Source: an uncultured Gammaproteobacteria bacterium (GTDB taxonomy: Bacteria > Patescibacteriota > Patescibacteriia > 2-01-FULL-39-33). Taken from it: a DNA stretch of 52,646 nt. The position numbers and the translations under genes are program-made. Shown here piece after piece: positions 35,184 through 43,659 of the stretch (position 1 is the first letter of the stretch; each line of letters begins with the position of its first letter). The DNA is taken from positions 1 to 52,646 of the forward strand of contig CAZNIV010000004.1 in the NCBI GenBank assembly GCA_964573235.1. Reading direction: 5' to 3'. The notes under the pieces are model-generated. The model was not told where the DNA came from. It was given only the letters and a program-made list of their open reading frames with translations, and searched no databases.

Positions 35184-35624
35184 TTACCGAATACCGCACT
35201 TGCCATATTTGAGATAATACGGGAAGCACTCTAAGGCGGGAATTTCCGTACCTTTTTTGATCGCGCCCTTGGTGATCAATGAGGCTTTGACGGCCTCAAT
35301 TGCTTTGGCGCGACTGACTTCGGGATTGGCGGCGCGGTAGTTGTCCCACGCTATTTCCCATTGAGCATTACTGCTCTTTATTCCCGTGCCTCGATCCAGC
35401 CGTTCAGCCAGATCGAAGGTCATCGCCCAGGCTATGATCGCTAAGATGACGATGATAGCGCTGACGCCGATAATCCCGATAACGCGACTGAGCATGTGGC
35501 GGAAATTCTTTTTCTGCTCAGTTTGCTTCTGTTTTTGGCGGAGCAGGTTTCCCAGTCCCGTCAAATTAACAAACGGCGACCGACCATCTTCTTTCATGGC
35601 TTCCGTCCAGTTTTTTGTTTTCAT
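35184..35624 (-). CDS. Single-pass membrane orphan protein (146 aa)
   Basis: ATG 35624 follows AAAGGAGAAG. Basic N-terminus, central TM (VIGIIGVSAIIVILAIIAWAM) and a C-terminal domain ending CFPYYLKYGKCG. GC-rich. Confidence 0.5.
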   Translation of the reverse strand: MKTKNWTEAMKEDGRSPFVNLTGLGNLLRQKQKQTEQKKNFRHMLSRVIGIIGVSAIIVILAIIAWAMTFDLAERLDRGTGIKSSNAQWEIAWDNYRAANPEVSRAKAIEAVKASLITKGAIKKGTEIPALECFPYYLKYGKCGIR

Positions 35625-35715
35625 GGCGTCTTCTCCTTTTAGTTGGCGTTGGTTTATTTGGTTCCTCAAATTTTATGTACAAACCAGTGTGCCATTGGCT
35701 TCCACTAGTTTTTAG

Positions 35716-35744
35716 AGTATAGCATATTATATGCTATTTGTCAA
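35716..35744 (-). promoter_or_regulatory. Consensus promoter with an embedded palindrome for the 146-aa gene
   Basis: On the minus strand: TTGACA (35744-35739), 17-nt spacer, TATACT (35721-35716). The 8-1-8 palindrome TAGCATAT-T-ATATGCTA (35720-35736) fills the spacer and -10. Confidence 0.55.
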
Positions 35745-35780
35745 TAGTAAAAATAGCTTTATGTTTAAATTTAGCTAAAT

Positions 35781-36113
35781 TTATTTTAAAATAATAACTA
35801 TTACCCTTTTCATCCCCACAAAACAGTAACCCCACAAAACAGGCAACCAAATAGGGATGGCGCCTAAAAAACTTCGGCGCAAAAAGGTTTCTACGCCAGT
35901 ATTGATGAAAAATAATTCAGATAGTGACATAATAATCACGCCGAAGATAAAAAATAAATAATCTTTTCTTTCTTTTCTAATTACAAAGGCGGCAATAATA
36001 ACCAGCAAATAAAAAGCGGTTAAAATATAATCGTTTTTGATCACCGGAATGCCAGCGATCATAAAAACAATCGGCAAGATGTTTAAAATAATGGCAGAAG
36101 TTTTGGAGATCAT
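35781..36113 (-). CDS. Small multi-pass membrane protein, unknown function
   Basis: 110 aa with three or four hydrophobic helices. Last gene of the long minus-strand gene train. Confidence 0.5.
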   Translation of the reverse strand: MISKTSAIILNILPIVFMIAGIPVIKNDYILTAFYLLVIIAAFVIRKERKDYLFFIFGVIIMSLSELFFINTGVETFLRRSFLGAIPIWLPVLWGYCFVGMKRVIVIILK

Positions 36114-36145
36114 AATTTGTCTTAATATAAAAACTGTTTACTAAT

Positions 36146-36535
36146 TTATCTAATCCATTGCTGGCTTTCGGGATGAAAGTCTACTTGATATTCGGGAATG
36201 CCCAAGCTGATACCGTAAGTCTTAGCCTCGTCGTATTGTTTTTGGTTAAAATCCTTAACACAAAAAACTTTATTTTTAAAAATAATATAATGAGTGGTGT
36301 CATTTTGAAAATCAGCAAACCAAGCATGTTGCGAATCTAAGGCTTGGCTAATTTTTTCTGCTACGCTCCCCGCTTGTGCTTCTGGGATTTCTACGGTTTT
36401 CATCGTCCAAGTTTTAATCCAGGGTGTTTTGTGTTCTTCAGTTACCTCTTCGACTTCAATTTTTTTAATTTCTAATTGATCGAGGATAGATTTATTTTCC
36501 AAGCTTTCTTCTACGATAATTCCTTGGTAGTTCAT
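36146..36535 (-). CDS. Hypothetical acidic cytoplasmic protein
   Basis: 129-aa ORF in tight operon context. No motif recognised. Confidence 0.5.
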   Translation of the reverse strand: MNYQGIIVEESLENKSILDQLEIKKIEVEEVTEEHKTPWIKTWTMKTVEIPEAQAGSVAEKISQALDSQHAWFADFQNDTTHYIIFKNKVFCVKDFNQKQYDEAKTYGISLGIPEYQVDFHPESQQWIR

Positions 36536-36542
36536 ATGGTTT

Positions 36543-36884
36543 TTATAGATGAAGCCGGCAATCGCACGGTTTTTTCTTTAATATTTCCCTTTGTTCTTTG
36601 ATGGTGTTGATAAAAGATTTTTGACTACCCTCTCCGGTGGCTAATTTTTCATCCAACGGCGAATGATGCTGATAATCTCGGCGTTTAAATTCCGTAATTA
36701 ATTTTTCATGTCGCAAGTAAAGCGCTTTTTGTTTTCCTATCCAGCGCCGAGTTTCGGGATGATGAGAGTAGCCACCTTTTCCGCCATGTTTAGTTAAGAT
36801 ATTCCATAATCCATGAAGTTCGCGGTGCTCGGCTAATAAATGTTTTCGGCACAAATGTTGTGGATGAATATCCCAAACACGCAT
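36543..36884 (-). CDS. Pyrimidine dimer DNA glycosylase (endonuclease V/DenV-like) family protein
   Basis: MRVWDIHPQHLCRKHLLAEHRELHGLWNIL...GYSHHPE resembles the family's conserved N-terminus (MRxW..HP..L....L..EHRE). Confidence 0.6.
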   Translation of the reverse strand: MRVWDIHPQHLCRKHLLAEHRELHGLWNILTKHGGKGGYSHHPETRRWIGKQKALYLRHEKLITEFKRRDYQHHSPLDEKLATGEGSQKSFINTIKEQREILKKKPCDCRLHL

Positions 36885-36886
36885 AA

Positions 36887-37852
36887 TTAATTTAATCTTG
36901 ATTTAAACCAGTCAATAGTTTTTATTAGGCCGTCGGTAAAATTTATTTTTGGGGCGTAACCCAACCATTCTTTGGCTTTAGAAATATCCGCATGAGTATC
37001 GCGAGCATCGCCCAAGCGCCCCGGGCGTTGTTCTAAATCCAATTTTTGTTCAGTATATTTTTCAATTAACGCTTTAATTTGATTAACACTAATTCTTTCA
37101 CTATGAGCGATGTTAAAAATTTCCCCGCCTAATTTTTTTTCACATTTCATTGCTAAGATATTGGCCAACACCACATTATCAATATAACAAAAATCTCTAG
37201 TTTGCTCGCCATCACCTTCTAGATAAGCTTTTTTACCTTTAGGAAAATATAATGTTTCTAGCCAAGCCGAAATAACGGTGGAATAGGGCGAATCGCCGTA
37301 TTGCCCCGGACCATAAGCATTAAAATAGCGGAAACAAACAGTGTCTAGTCCGTATAATTCAGAAAACATTTTGCAAAAAAATTCATCAGAAAGTTTTTGT
37401 ACTCCATAAGGAGTGAGTGGCGCCGGATCGTTAACCGCTTCTTTGACGGGTAAGCTTTTGGCATTGCCATAAACGGCCGAGGTGGAAGAAAACATGAAAC
37501 GCTTTACGCCATAATTTTTAGCTTTTTCCAAAAGTAAAACGGCACCGTAAGTGTTGTCTAAGGTAGTTTCGGCTGGGTTTTCAACACTATAAGAAACGCG
37601 AGGTAGGGCGGCAAAATGAAAAATATAATCGATCGGATGTTTGGCAAAAATAGTTTCTAAGGCGATCGGGTCAGTAATAGATGCTTCATAGAAAGTGATT
37701 TCTGAATGAACTGCCTCTCGCTTGCCGGTAGAAAAATTATCTAAACCGATGATTTGGGTTTCGGGAAATTCGCTTTTAAATTGTTTAACAAAGTTGCTGG
37801 CAATAAATCCGGCGCAACCGGTAACTAAAATTGTTTTAGGAGAGATTGTCAT
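36887..37852 (-). CDS. NAD-dependent epimerase/dehydratase (UDP-sugar 4-epimerase-like SDR)
   Basis: Rossmann motif VTGCAGFIASN, catalytic S...YxxxK (PYGVQK); 321 aa. Confidence 0.85.
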   Translation of the reverse strand: MTISPKTILVTGCAGFIASNFVKQFKSEFPETQIIGLDNFSTGKREAVHSEITFYEASITDPIALETIFAKHPIDYIFHFAALPRVSYSVENPAETTLDNTYGAVLLLEKAKNYGVKRFMFSSTSAVYGNAKSLPVKEAVNDPAPLTPYGVQKLSDEFFCKMFSELYGLDTVCFRYFNAYGPGQYGDSPYSTVISAWLETLYFPKGKKAYLEGDGEQTRDFCYIDNVVLANILAMKCEKKLGGEIFNIAHSERISVNQIKALIEKYTEQKLDLEQRPGRLGDARDTHADISKAKEWLGYAPKINFTDGLIKTIDWFKSRLN

Positions 37853-37854
37853 AT

Positions 37855-38307
37855 TTATTGAAGGCTAGGTGTTGGGCAAGAGCCGTTATAAAAATCTATA
37901 GTAGAACATTTGGAACCATCTTTAAGGGTACAAATAGAATTTGGCACGGCAAAGGTTTGCCCACCTAGCCAAGCGCAATATTTTTGATCAATACTATCAA
38001 AGCCGGTAGTTTTAAAACCACCAATTGGGCAATCGCCTCGCAACAAGGCCCATTCTTCGCAGGCGCGGTTATCTTCAAAATAGCATAAACCGTATTCACC
38101 ACCATCGCCACGCTTTTCGATTACTAAATTACCGCCAACCTTAGTGCAATTAACTGAGGCCGGGTTAGCGATTTGAGTCACGGGCTGATCATTAATTGGT
38201 TTTTCGGTTTCAATAATTTTTGCGGTTGGTTTTTGATTAAATAAAATAACGCCGGCAGTGGTCGCTAGTAAAACGATTAGGATAATAATGAGATAAGTTT
38301 TTTTCAT
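37855..38307 (-). CDS. DUF333-like secreted Cys-rich protein (putative hemolysin family)
   Basis: N-terminal TM/signal. NPASVNCTKVGGNLVIEKRGDGGEYGLCYFEDNRACEEWALLRGDCP matches the DUF333 pattern, partly duplicated. Confidence 0.65.
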   Translation of the reverse strand: MKKTYLIIILIVLLATTAGVILFNQKPTAKIIETEKPINDQPVTQIANPASVNCTKVGGNLVIEKRGDGGEYGLCYFEDNRACEEWALLRGDCPIGGFKTTGFDSIDQKYCAWLGGQTFAVPNSICTLKDGSKCSTIDFYNGSCPTPSLQ

Positions 38308-38349
38308 AGTAATGGTTAATGGTATAGGGTATAAAAATGCGTCTTTGCG

Positions 38350-38739
38350 CTAAATATTTTTTTCGTCCAATATATTTTTAATTCCTTCTATAATTGTATC
38401 TAATTTAAAATCAGATTTAGTGTAATACTTATTGACGCCTAAGGCAAGATAGCCCTTAACTTTATCGGGACTAGCGGTGTTAGAAACTACAAAAATAGGA
38501 ATTTTTTGCCATTTTGTGCTGATTTTCAGTTCGATTACAAAGTCTAGTCCATTTTTAGGCCCTATAAGGTAGTGATCCAGCCAGATGACATCTATTTCTT
38601 GATCGCCGTTTAATTGTTTTTCAGCTTCCTCAATAGTTCGGGCGGTTAATACATCAAAGCCTTTTTTGTTCAGTTTTATTTTTATGGCGTCCTGTAATGA
38701 CATTTCATCCTCTACTACTAAAACTGTTTTATTCAGCAT
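38350..38739 (-). CDS. Stand-alone response regulator receiver protein
   Basis: VLVVEDE...VIWLDHYL (phospho-acceptor Asp) ...VVSNT...K. There is no output domain. Confidence 0.85.
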   Translation of the reverse strand: MLNKTVLVVEDEMSLQDAIKIKLNKKGFDVLTARTIEEAEKQLNGDQEIDVIWLDHYLIGPKNGLDFVIELKISTKWQKIPIFVVSNTASPDKVKGYLALGVNKYYTKSDFKLDTIIEGIKNILDEKNI

Positions 38740-38755
38740 ATATTAAATTATTAAA

Positions 38756-41101
38756 TTAAGCTAAGGCTTTCGTTCCTTCTTTTTTCTTCATGCCACCCAA
38801 GGGGATGGTTATAAAGAAGGTTGAACCTTTATTTTCTTCTGATTTAAAACTAACGCTTCCCCCAGTAGCCTCCATAATTGATTTAACTAGATACAATCCC
38901 AGACCCGTGCCCTCTGTGCTTGTTTGGCGTACATTATCTGCTCGGAATAGTTTCTCAAAAATTTTGTTTTGTTGGCCCTTTGGCACGCCTAGGCCGGTAT
39001 CAGAAATGGCTATTGTTAAGTCTTTTTTGCCCACCGTAATGTCTAGATTAACCTTGCCACCGTCGGGGGTATATTTTACGGCATTAGATAGTAAGTTTTG
39101 AAAAATAATGGTGGTTAATTTTTCATCTAGCATCATTATTTTTATTTTGGGGTCATAGTTTTTGGTAAAAATAATGTGCTTTGAAATGACTTGTGGCTTT
39201 AAGTCACTAATGGCGCTGTCGGCTATGGTTCTTATGTCAACCTCTTTTGGTTCTACTAAAAAAGTGCCAAGCTCTAGGCGGGAAACATTAAGTAAGGCAT
39301 TGACCAGTTCTACCATGCGTTGGTTACCACGATATATTTCATTAAGAAATTCTTTTTGTTGCTTATTTATTTTTCCGGCGTCGCCCGCTAAAAGCATCTC
39401 AGTGTACCAGTTAATGGCTGAAAGCGGAGTGCGTAGCTGGTGTGAAGCCAAAGAAACAAATTCTGTTTTTGCCTTATCAATTAAAGCTTCTTTTGAGATA
39501 TCTGTAGTAATCATAGAAGCCCCAACTACTTTTCCAGAGACATCTTTGATTGGGGATCCGGAAATGAGAACTGCCACCAGGGTGCCATCCTTTCTCTTTC
39601 TTTTGGTTTGGATATGCTTTAAGCTTTTTCCGCTAAGAAGATTGTTATATAATTTGGCTGTTTCGGGAAGCTCTTCTTTTGGGATGATAATTTTAATGGG
39701 TTGGCCAATCATTTCGCTGGCTGAATAACCATAAACTAATTCAGCGCCATCATTCCAGCTCGTTATTATATTGTTTAAATCTATGCTTATAATTGGTTCA
39801 TTAGCACTTCTAACGATTGTGGCCAATTCATCGGAAATATTTTTTTCCTTTCCCATATCCTCAAGTACATTTAAAAGGGCCTTCTTCTGATTTTCAACCT
39901 CAATTTGCTTGTTTTCTAACACTTGGGTTTTTTCGATAATCTTTTCATCGAGGTTTTTATAGAGATCATTTAAATTGTTAGACATTGTATTAAAAGCGTC
40001 AGATAATTGCCCAAACTCATCTCGGCGTTTAATTTTTATGGTTTGATTGAAGGTGCCTTGGGAAATTTTTTTAGCAAAAGCGATTAAAGCGGTCATTGGT
40101 TGGGTAAAAATAGAAATCATCTTAAATAAAGCGTAGGAAACTAAAAAAATGGAGAAAAAAATTAATATTATTAAGAGAGAAATAGTGGAATAGATTGTTG
40201 CACTAATGCTTTCGGTACCAATTTCGGATACTAGATAAAAAGGATATTTTTCGATTTTAATCACATTGAGAAATTCTATTTCGCCGTCGATTTTGTCGTT
40301 ATATTTTACTATTTGGTTGATGTGTTTATTGCGAATGGTGTCTAGGGCACTGTCGTATTGTAATGCGGTTATTTTTTTATTTAAAAATTTTTGCGATGAA
40401 TTGATAATCGCTTCTTCTTTGGCGGTGAGTTGGCCGAGGCTTTTTAAGAAACGATCTGGCATGGTATTGCTGATAATCACACCAAAGGCGTCCGTTAGCA
40501 TTATTTTTGAATTTTTTCTTAATTCGCTAAAAGAAAGGGCGGTATTGATTTTATTTCCCGATATTTTAGATACAAAAACACCAATGACTTTTTTATCTTT
40601 ATTTAAAACGGGATGTGAAAAATAGTAACCTAATTCATTACTTGTTTTTCCAAGTAGCATATCAACATGAGGAATGCCCATTATTGATTGTTTAAAATAT
40701 TCCCTAAAGCTATAATTTCCCCCCACAAATGACGGGTCAGTAGAAATTAGGGTTTTACCAGTCTCGTCCAATAAGTATAAGGATAGAATTTCGCTATCAG
40801 TTTGAGCATAATCCAAAAAAATATTTAGAAGCTCCTCTCTTCGTGGTTCAGTGCGGTCTAATAAGTATTCAGTAACCCTAGTTCTAGTGCCGAGCATTTT
40901 TGCAAAAAGCGCATTATTTTCAAATATTTGAAAGAGTTCATGCCCTTGTTCAATATTTAAAGATTCAACCTGTTTTTGATTTTCGTTTTGAAGGGTTGAG
41001 TTTAGATAAAAGTAGGTAGTGAAACCAACTAATAAACATAGAAAAATACCCCCAACGATTAAGAGGCTGACGAGCTTGGTTTTTAATGGTACTATGCGCA
41101 T
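38756..41101 (-). CDS. Sensor histidine kinase (extracellular Cache-like domain, HAMP, PAS, HisKA, HATPase)
   Basis: Two TMs flank a roughly 270-aa outside domain. HAMP (DEFGQLSDAFNTM), PAS, H-box (SHQLRTPLSAI), N box (LLSNAVKYTP) and G boxes (DTGLGV, GTGLGLYLV). Confidence 0.9.
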   Translation of the reverse strand: MRIVPLKTKLVSLLIVGGIFLCLLVGFTTYFYLNSTLQNENQKQVESLNIEQGHELFQIFENNALFAKMLGTRTRVTEYLLDRTEPRREELLNIFLDYAQTDSEILSLYLLDETGKTLISTDPSFVGGNYSFREYFKQSIMGIPHVDMLLGKTSNELGYYFSHPVLNKDKKVIGVFVSKISGNKINTALSFSELRKNSKIMLTDAFGVIISNTMPDRFLKSLGQLTAKEEAIINSSQKFLNKKITALQYDSALDTIRNKHINQIVKYNDKIDGEIEFLNVIKIEKYPFYLVSEIGTESISATIYSTISLLIILIFFSIFLVSYALFKMISIFTQPMTALIAFAKKISQGTFNQTIKIKRRDEFGQLSDAFNTMSNNLNDLYKNLDEKIIEKTQVLENKQIEVENQKKALLNVLEDMGKEKNISDELATIVRSANEPIISIDLNNIITSWNDGAELVYGYSASEMIGQPIKIIIPKEELPETAKLYNNLLSGKSLKHIQTKRKRKDGTLVAVLISGSPIKDVSGKVVGASMITTDISKEALIDKAKTEFVSLASHQLRTPLSAINWYTEMLLAGDAGKINKQQKEFLNEIYRGNQRMVELVNALLNVSRLELGTFLVEPKEVDIRTIADSAISDLKPQVISKHIIFTKNYDPKIKIMMLDEKLTTIIFQNLLSNAVKYTPDGGKVNLDITVGKKDLTIAISDTGLGVPKGQQNKIFEKLFRADNVRQTSTEGTGLGLYLVKSIMEATGGSVSFKSEENKGSTFFITIPLGGMKKKEGTKALA

Positions 41102-41107
41102 GGGTGG

Positions 41108-42262
41108 TTAGTTTTTAGATTTTAAATCACTAATTATTTTTTTAAGTTCCATCATTTTTATTTCTCTGTTTACCATTAGTCTGTTTAATTTTTCAGACTC
41201 CGCTAGCATTTGGCTATTTTTTTCATTTGATTTAATAAGTTTTTCCTCTACTTCTTTGCGGGAAGAGATATCTCTCATAACACATATGGAATGTGTTTGA
41301 TTGTTTATTTTAACCATGGAGACGGATAATTCGACAATAAATTTTTTTCCAAGTTTATTTTTTACTCGTAAGTCGATTATTTTACCTAATTCTCCATTTT
41401 CATCCGGACTAGTAATGTTTAGGATGTTTTTTGTGCCATTTTTATTTTCATCGGCAATAATATATTCATTAAGGTTTCTTTTTAATATTTCCGATTCGGC
41501 ATAGCCAAACATTTTTTCTGCTGTTTTGTTCCATAAAATAACTTTATTCTCCGCATTAGTAATGGCCACGGCTTCTTTGACGGAAGAGGAAAAAGAACGA
41601 AACATTTCAGCATTTTGTTTTATTTTGTTGGCGTTTTTTTCAATATTATAAAAAATATATAAGATTAAAAATAAAATAATGACTAAAATACCAGCTTGGT
41701 CGGTTTTTAAAAACGCTTCATTATGCCATTTATTGGCCGGATAATCCATGGCAAATACGGCAGTAATTTTTTTTGTTTCGTAATCAACGATGGGAACCAA
41801 AACACTAACCCAAGTTCCCCAGCGGTCGGTAGCCGGGGTGGTTATGAGGGGTTGTTTGGTGGTAAATGGTTTATGATATTGAGGATTAGCCTCGGAATAT
41901 TCTTGTCCGGGTGGTGAATAATCTTTAGAATCAACTGGTTCGGAATCGGCTATAAAAAAAAGCTTATCCTCAACTTGAGTATAAAGATACGCAAAACGAG
42001 CATTGGTATTTAATTTAATGAGATTTAATAAGCTGGTTTTTAGTTGTTGATACTCTTTTTTTTCAAGATCAGTAGTATTTAGACTGAGCTTATTTAAAGC
42101 ATCCCTAGGAAGCATTGATTCCGCCGCCAAAGATAAGTTTAGAGTTATCTCTGAGGTGATTAAAAGGCTTTTATTCCAGACATAAAATACATACCATACG
42201 CTTAGGGTAAGTAATACCGCAAAGAGGAGTAAAAATATTATTTTTATTTTATTTGTTTTCAT
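41108..42262 (-). CDS. Membrane sensor protein with an extracellular domain, PAS and coiled coil, and no output domain
   Basis: Start trimmed to MKTNKIKIIFLLLF. Two TMs, then PAS-like (AVAITNAENKVILWNKTAEKMFGY...) and a C-terminal coiled coil. It ends 6 nt before the kinase gene. Confidence 0.65.
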   Translation of the reverse strand: MKTNKIKIIFLLLFAVLLTLSVWYVFYVWNKSLLITSEITLNLSLAAESMLPRDALNKLSLNTTDLEKKEYQQLKTSLLNLIKLNTNARFAYLYTQVEDKLFFIADSEPVDSKDYSPPGQEYSEANPQYHKPFTTKQPLITTPATDRWGTWVSVLVPIVDYETKKITAVFAMDYPANKWHNEAFLKTDQAGILVIILFLILYIFYNIEKNANKIKQNAEMFRSFSSSVKEAVAITNAENKVILWNKTAEKMFGYAESEILKRNLNEYIIADENKNGTKNILNITSPDENGELGKIIDLRVKNKLGKKFIVELSVSMVKINNQTHSICVMRDISSRKEVEEKLIKSNEKNSQMLAESEKLNRLMVNREIKMMELKKIISDLKSKN

Positions 42263-42288
42263 GGGGTTTGCGGTATAGTTTGCAAAAA

Positions 42289-42702
42289 TTATTTTAATTT
42301 TTGAGAAATAAAACAAGCTTTATATTTTTGATCGGCGTTCATAATGTGGTCAATTAGCCAATCTTCTAAAAAGTCTATTAGCATGAAGGCGACTTCCGTG
42401 GTATCTTCTGGGTATTTTTCTTTTAATGCCGTCAAAGAAGCATTAAATTTCTCGTGTTCCTTAATATGTTCTGTGGCCCCGCTATAGTTAAAATCTTTAA
42501 AATACTTTTCTTCAGTTTGAAAATGAAATTTTTTGTACTCTACCAAGCCATTAAAAATATTTTTTAATTTTTCTTTACTGGTATTAGTATTTATTGCCTC
42601 TAGTAACTCATTAATTATAGCAAATAGATGTTTGTGCTGATCATCAATTAATTTTACGCCAACGCTATATCTTTCTTCCCATTCTAGCTTTTTGGTAGTC
42701 AT
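42289..42702 (-). CDS. Bacteriohemerythrin (hemerythrin-like metal-binding protein)
   Basis: LEWEERYSVGVKLIDDQHKHLFAIINEL..., with the His/Glu/Asp ligand pattern (HF..EE..., H..EH..F, DWL..HI). Confidence 0.85.
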   Translation of the reverse strand: MTTKKLEWEERYSVGVKLIDDQHKHLFAIINELLEAINTNTSKEKLKNIFNGLVEYKKFHFQTEEKYFKDFNYSGATEHIKEHEKFNASLTALKEKYPEDTTEVAFMLIDFLEDWLIDHIMNADQKYKACFISQKLK

Positions 42703-42727
42703 AATTTTATGGTTAATTGGATTAAGG

Positions 42728-43126
42728 TTATTGGGTTTCTAGCCAAGAAGATATGGTTAGCGGATTAAAGGAATTAGTAATAATGGTTAATTTACTAATT
42801 ACAGTATTGATTGTTCCAGAAACAATAATTTTTTTACTTGCCCCGCCATTATTGGTGACGGTATAATCGCAACTATTATTATTTAAGGTGATATTATTTG
42901 TTCCGGCGTAGCTATTATTTTGTCTTATGTTTTCAAGGGCAATTTCAGCGCAAGCATTAACTAGGGCCTTCCCTTGGATTGAATTTTTTGCGGCTGTGCT
43001 TCTTTGTATTGACCAAAAGTTACTAGTAGAAATAGCTAAGGCAAAGGATAGTATGGCGCTTCCTAGTAATATTACCACAAATAGAGTGGAAAATCCCCTA
43101 TTATTTTTATTTTTATCTTTTTTCAT
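42728..43126 (-). CDS. Pilin-like minor component (PilX/ComGG-style; N-terminal hydrophobic segment, no Glu5)
   Basis: Start trimmed to MKKDKNKNNRGFSTLFVVILLGSAILSFALAI. 132 aa. Last pilin-like gene of the cluster. Confidence 0.5.
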   Translation of the reverse strand: MKKDKNKNNRGFSTLFVVILLGSAILSFALAISTSNFWSIQRSTAAKNSIQGKALVNACAEIALENIRQNNSYAGTNNITLNNNSCDYTVTNNGGASKKIIVSGTINTVISKLTIITNSFNPLTISSWLETQ

Positions 43127-43130
43127 TTTA

Positions 43131-43658
43131 TTATTTTCGTAAATTGGCGCTACCGCTAAAGTTAAGGGAATAAGCATCGCTCACAATAACAGAAGTAGAA
43201 GAACTCTTCAGGGTAAAGCTAATTTTTATTATATCAGGCGTGCTCGGAAGAGAAAGATTAGAAAAAAGTAAGTTACTCGCCGTAACTTTACTATTAGTTA
43301 GAGCTATAGGCGCATTGCTTCCTTCGGTTATATAAAGTACGCCATTATTTTCTGAAAAAACCGTTGGATTGGTGGCTGATTGTTGGGTGGCAATGCTTAA
43401 ATTATTAGCGCTATTATAAATGGTGGGGCTATTAATTTGGTTGCCGTCTCGAATCGTTTGAGTTATTGTTTTTATAACAGAAAACCCCTGGTCATTTACT
43501 TCAAGAATCATTTGATGTCGTAGTCTAGAAGCAGTTAGGCTATTTGAAAAAGAGGCCATGGATATTATAAAAATAGCAAAGATGGCGATATAAATTAGGG
43601 TTTCTATGAGGGTAAAACCAAGGGGGAAGTTTTTTTTGTCTGATAATTTATTTGTCAT
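43131..43658 (-). CDS. Prepilin-type N-terminal cleavage/methylation domain protein (minor pilin)
   Basis: Class III signal ...FPLG-FTLIETLIYIAIFAIFI with Glu at +5; 175 aa. Confidence 0.75.
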   Translation of the reverse strand: MTNKLSDKKNFPLGFTLIETLIYIAIFAIFIISMASFSNSLTASRLRHQMILEVNDQGFSVIKTITQTIRDGNQINSPTIYNSANNLSIATQQSATNPTVFSENNGVLYITEGSNAPIALTNSKVTASNLLFSNLSLPSTPDIIKISFTLKSSSTSVIVSDAYSLNFSGSANLRK

Positions 43659-43659
43659 A

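Noticed and set aside
27924-35780. Calling the 28-35.8 kb block a mobile element or genomic island feature
   Set aside because: I could find no integrase, transposase, flanking direct repeats or tRNA target by eye. The compositional anomaly is confined to four small genes. I therefore report it as an observation, not as a mobile_element feature.
41108-43177. Track ORF starts at 42316 (PAS sensor) and 43177 (pilin-like protein)
   Set aside because: The extensions overlap the preceding gene and precede a clear Met-Lys-rich N-terminus plus TM, so I trimmed the starts to 42262 and 43126.
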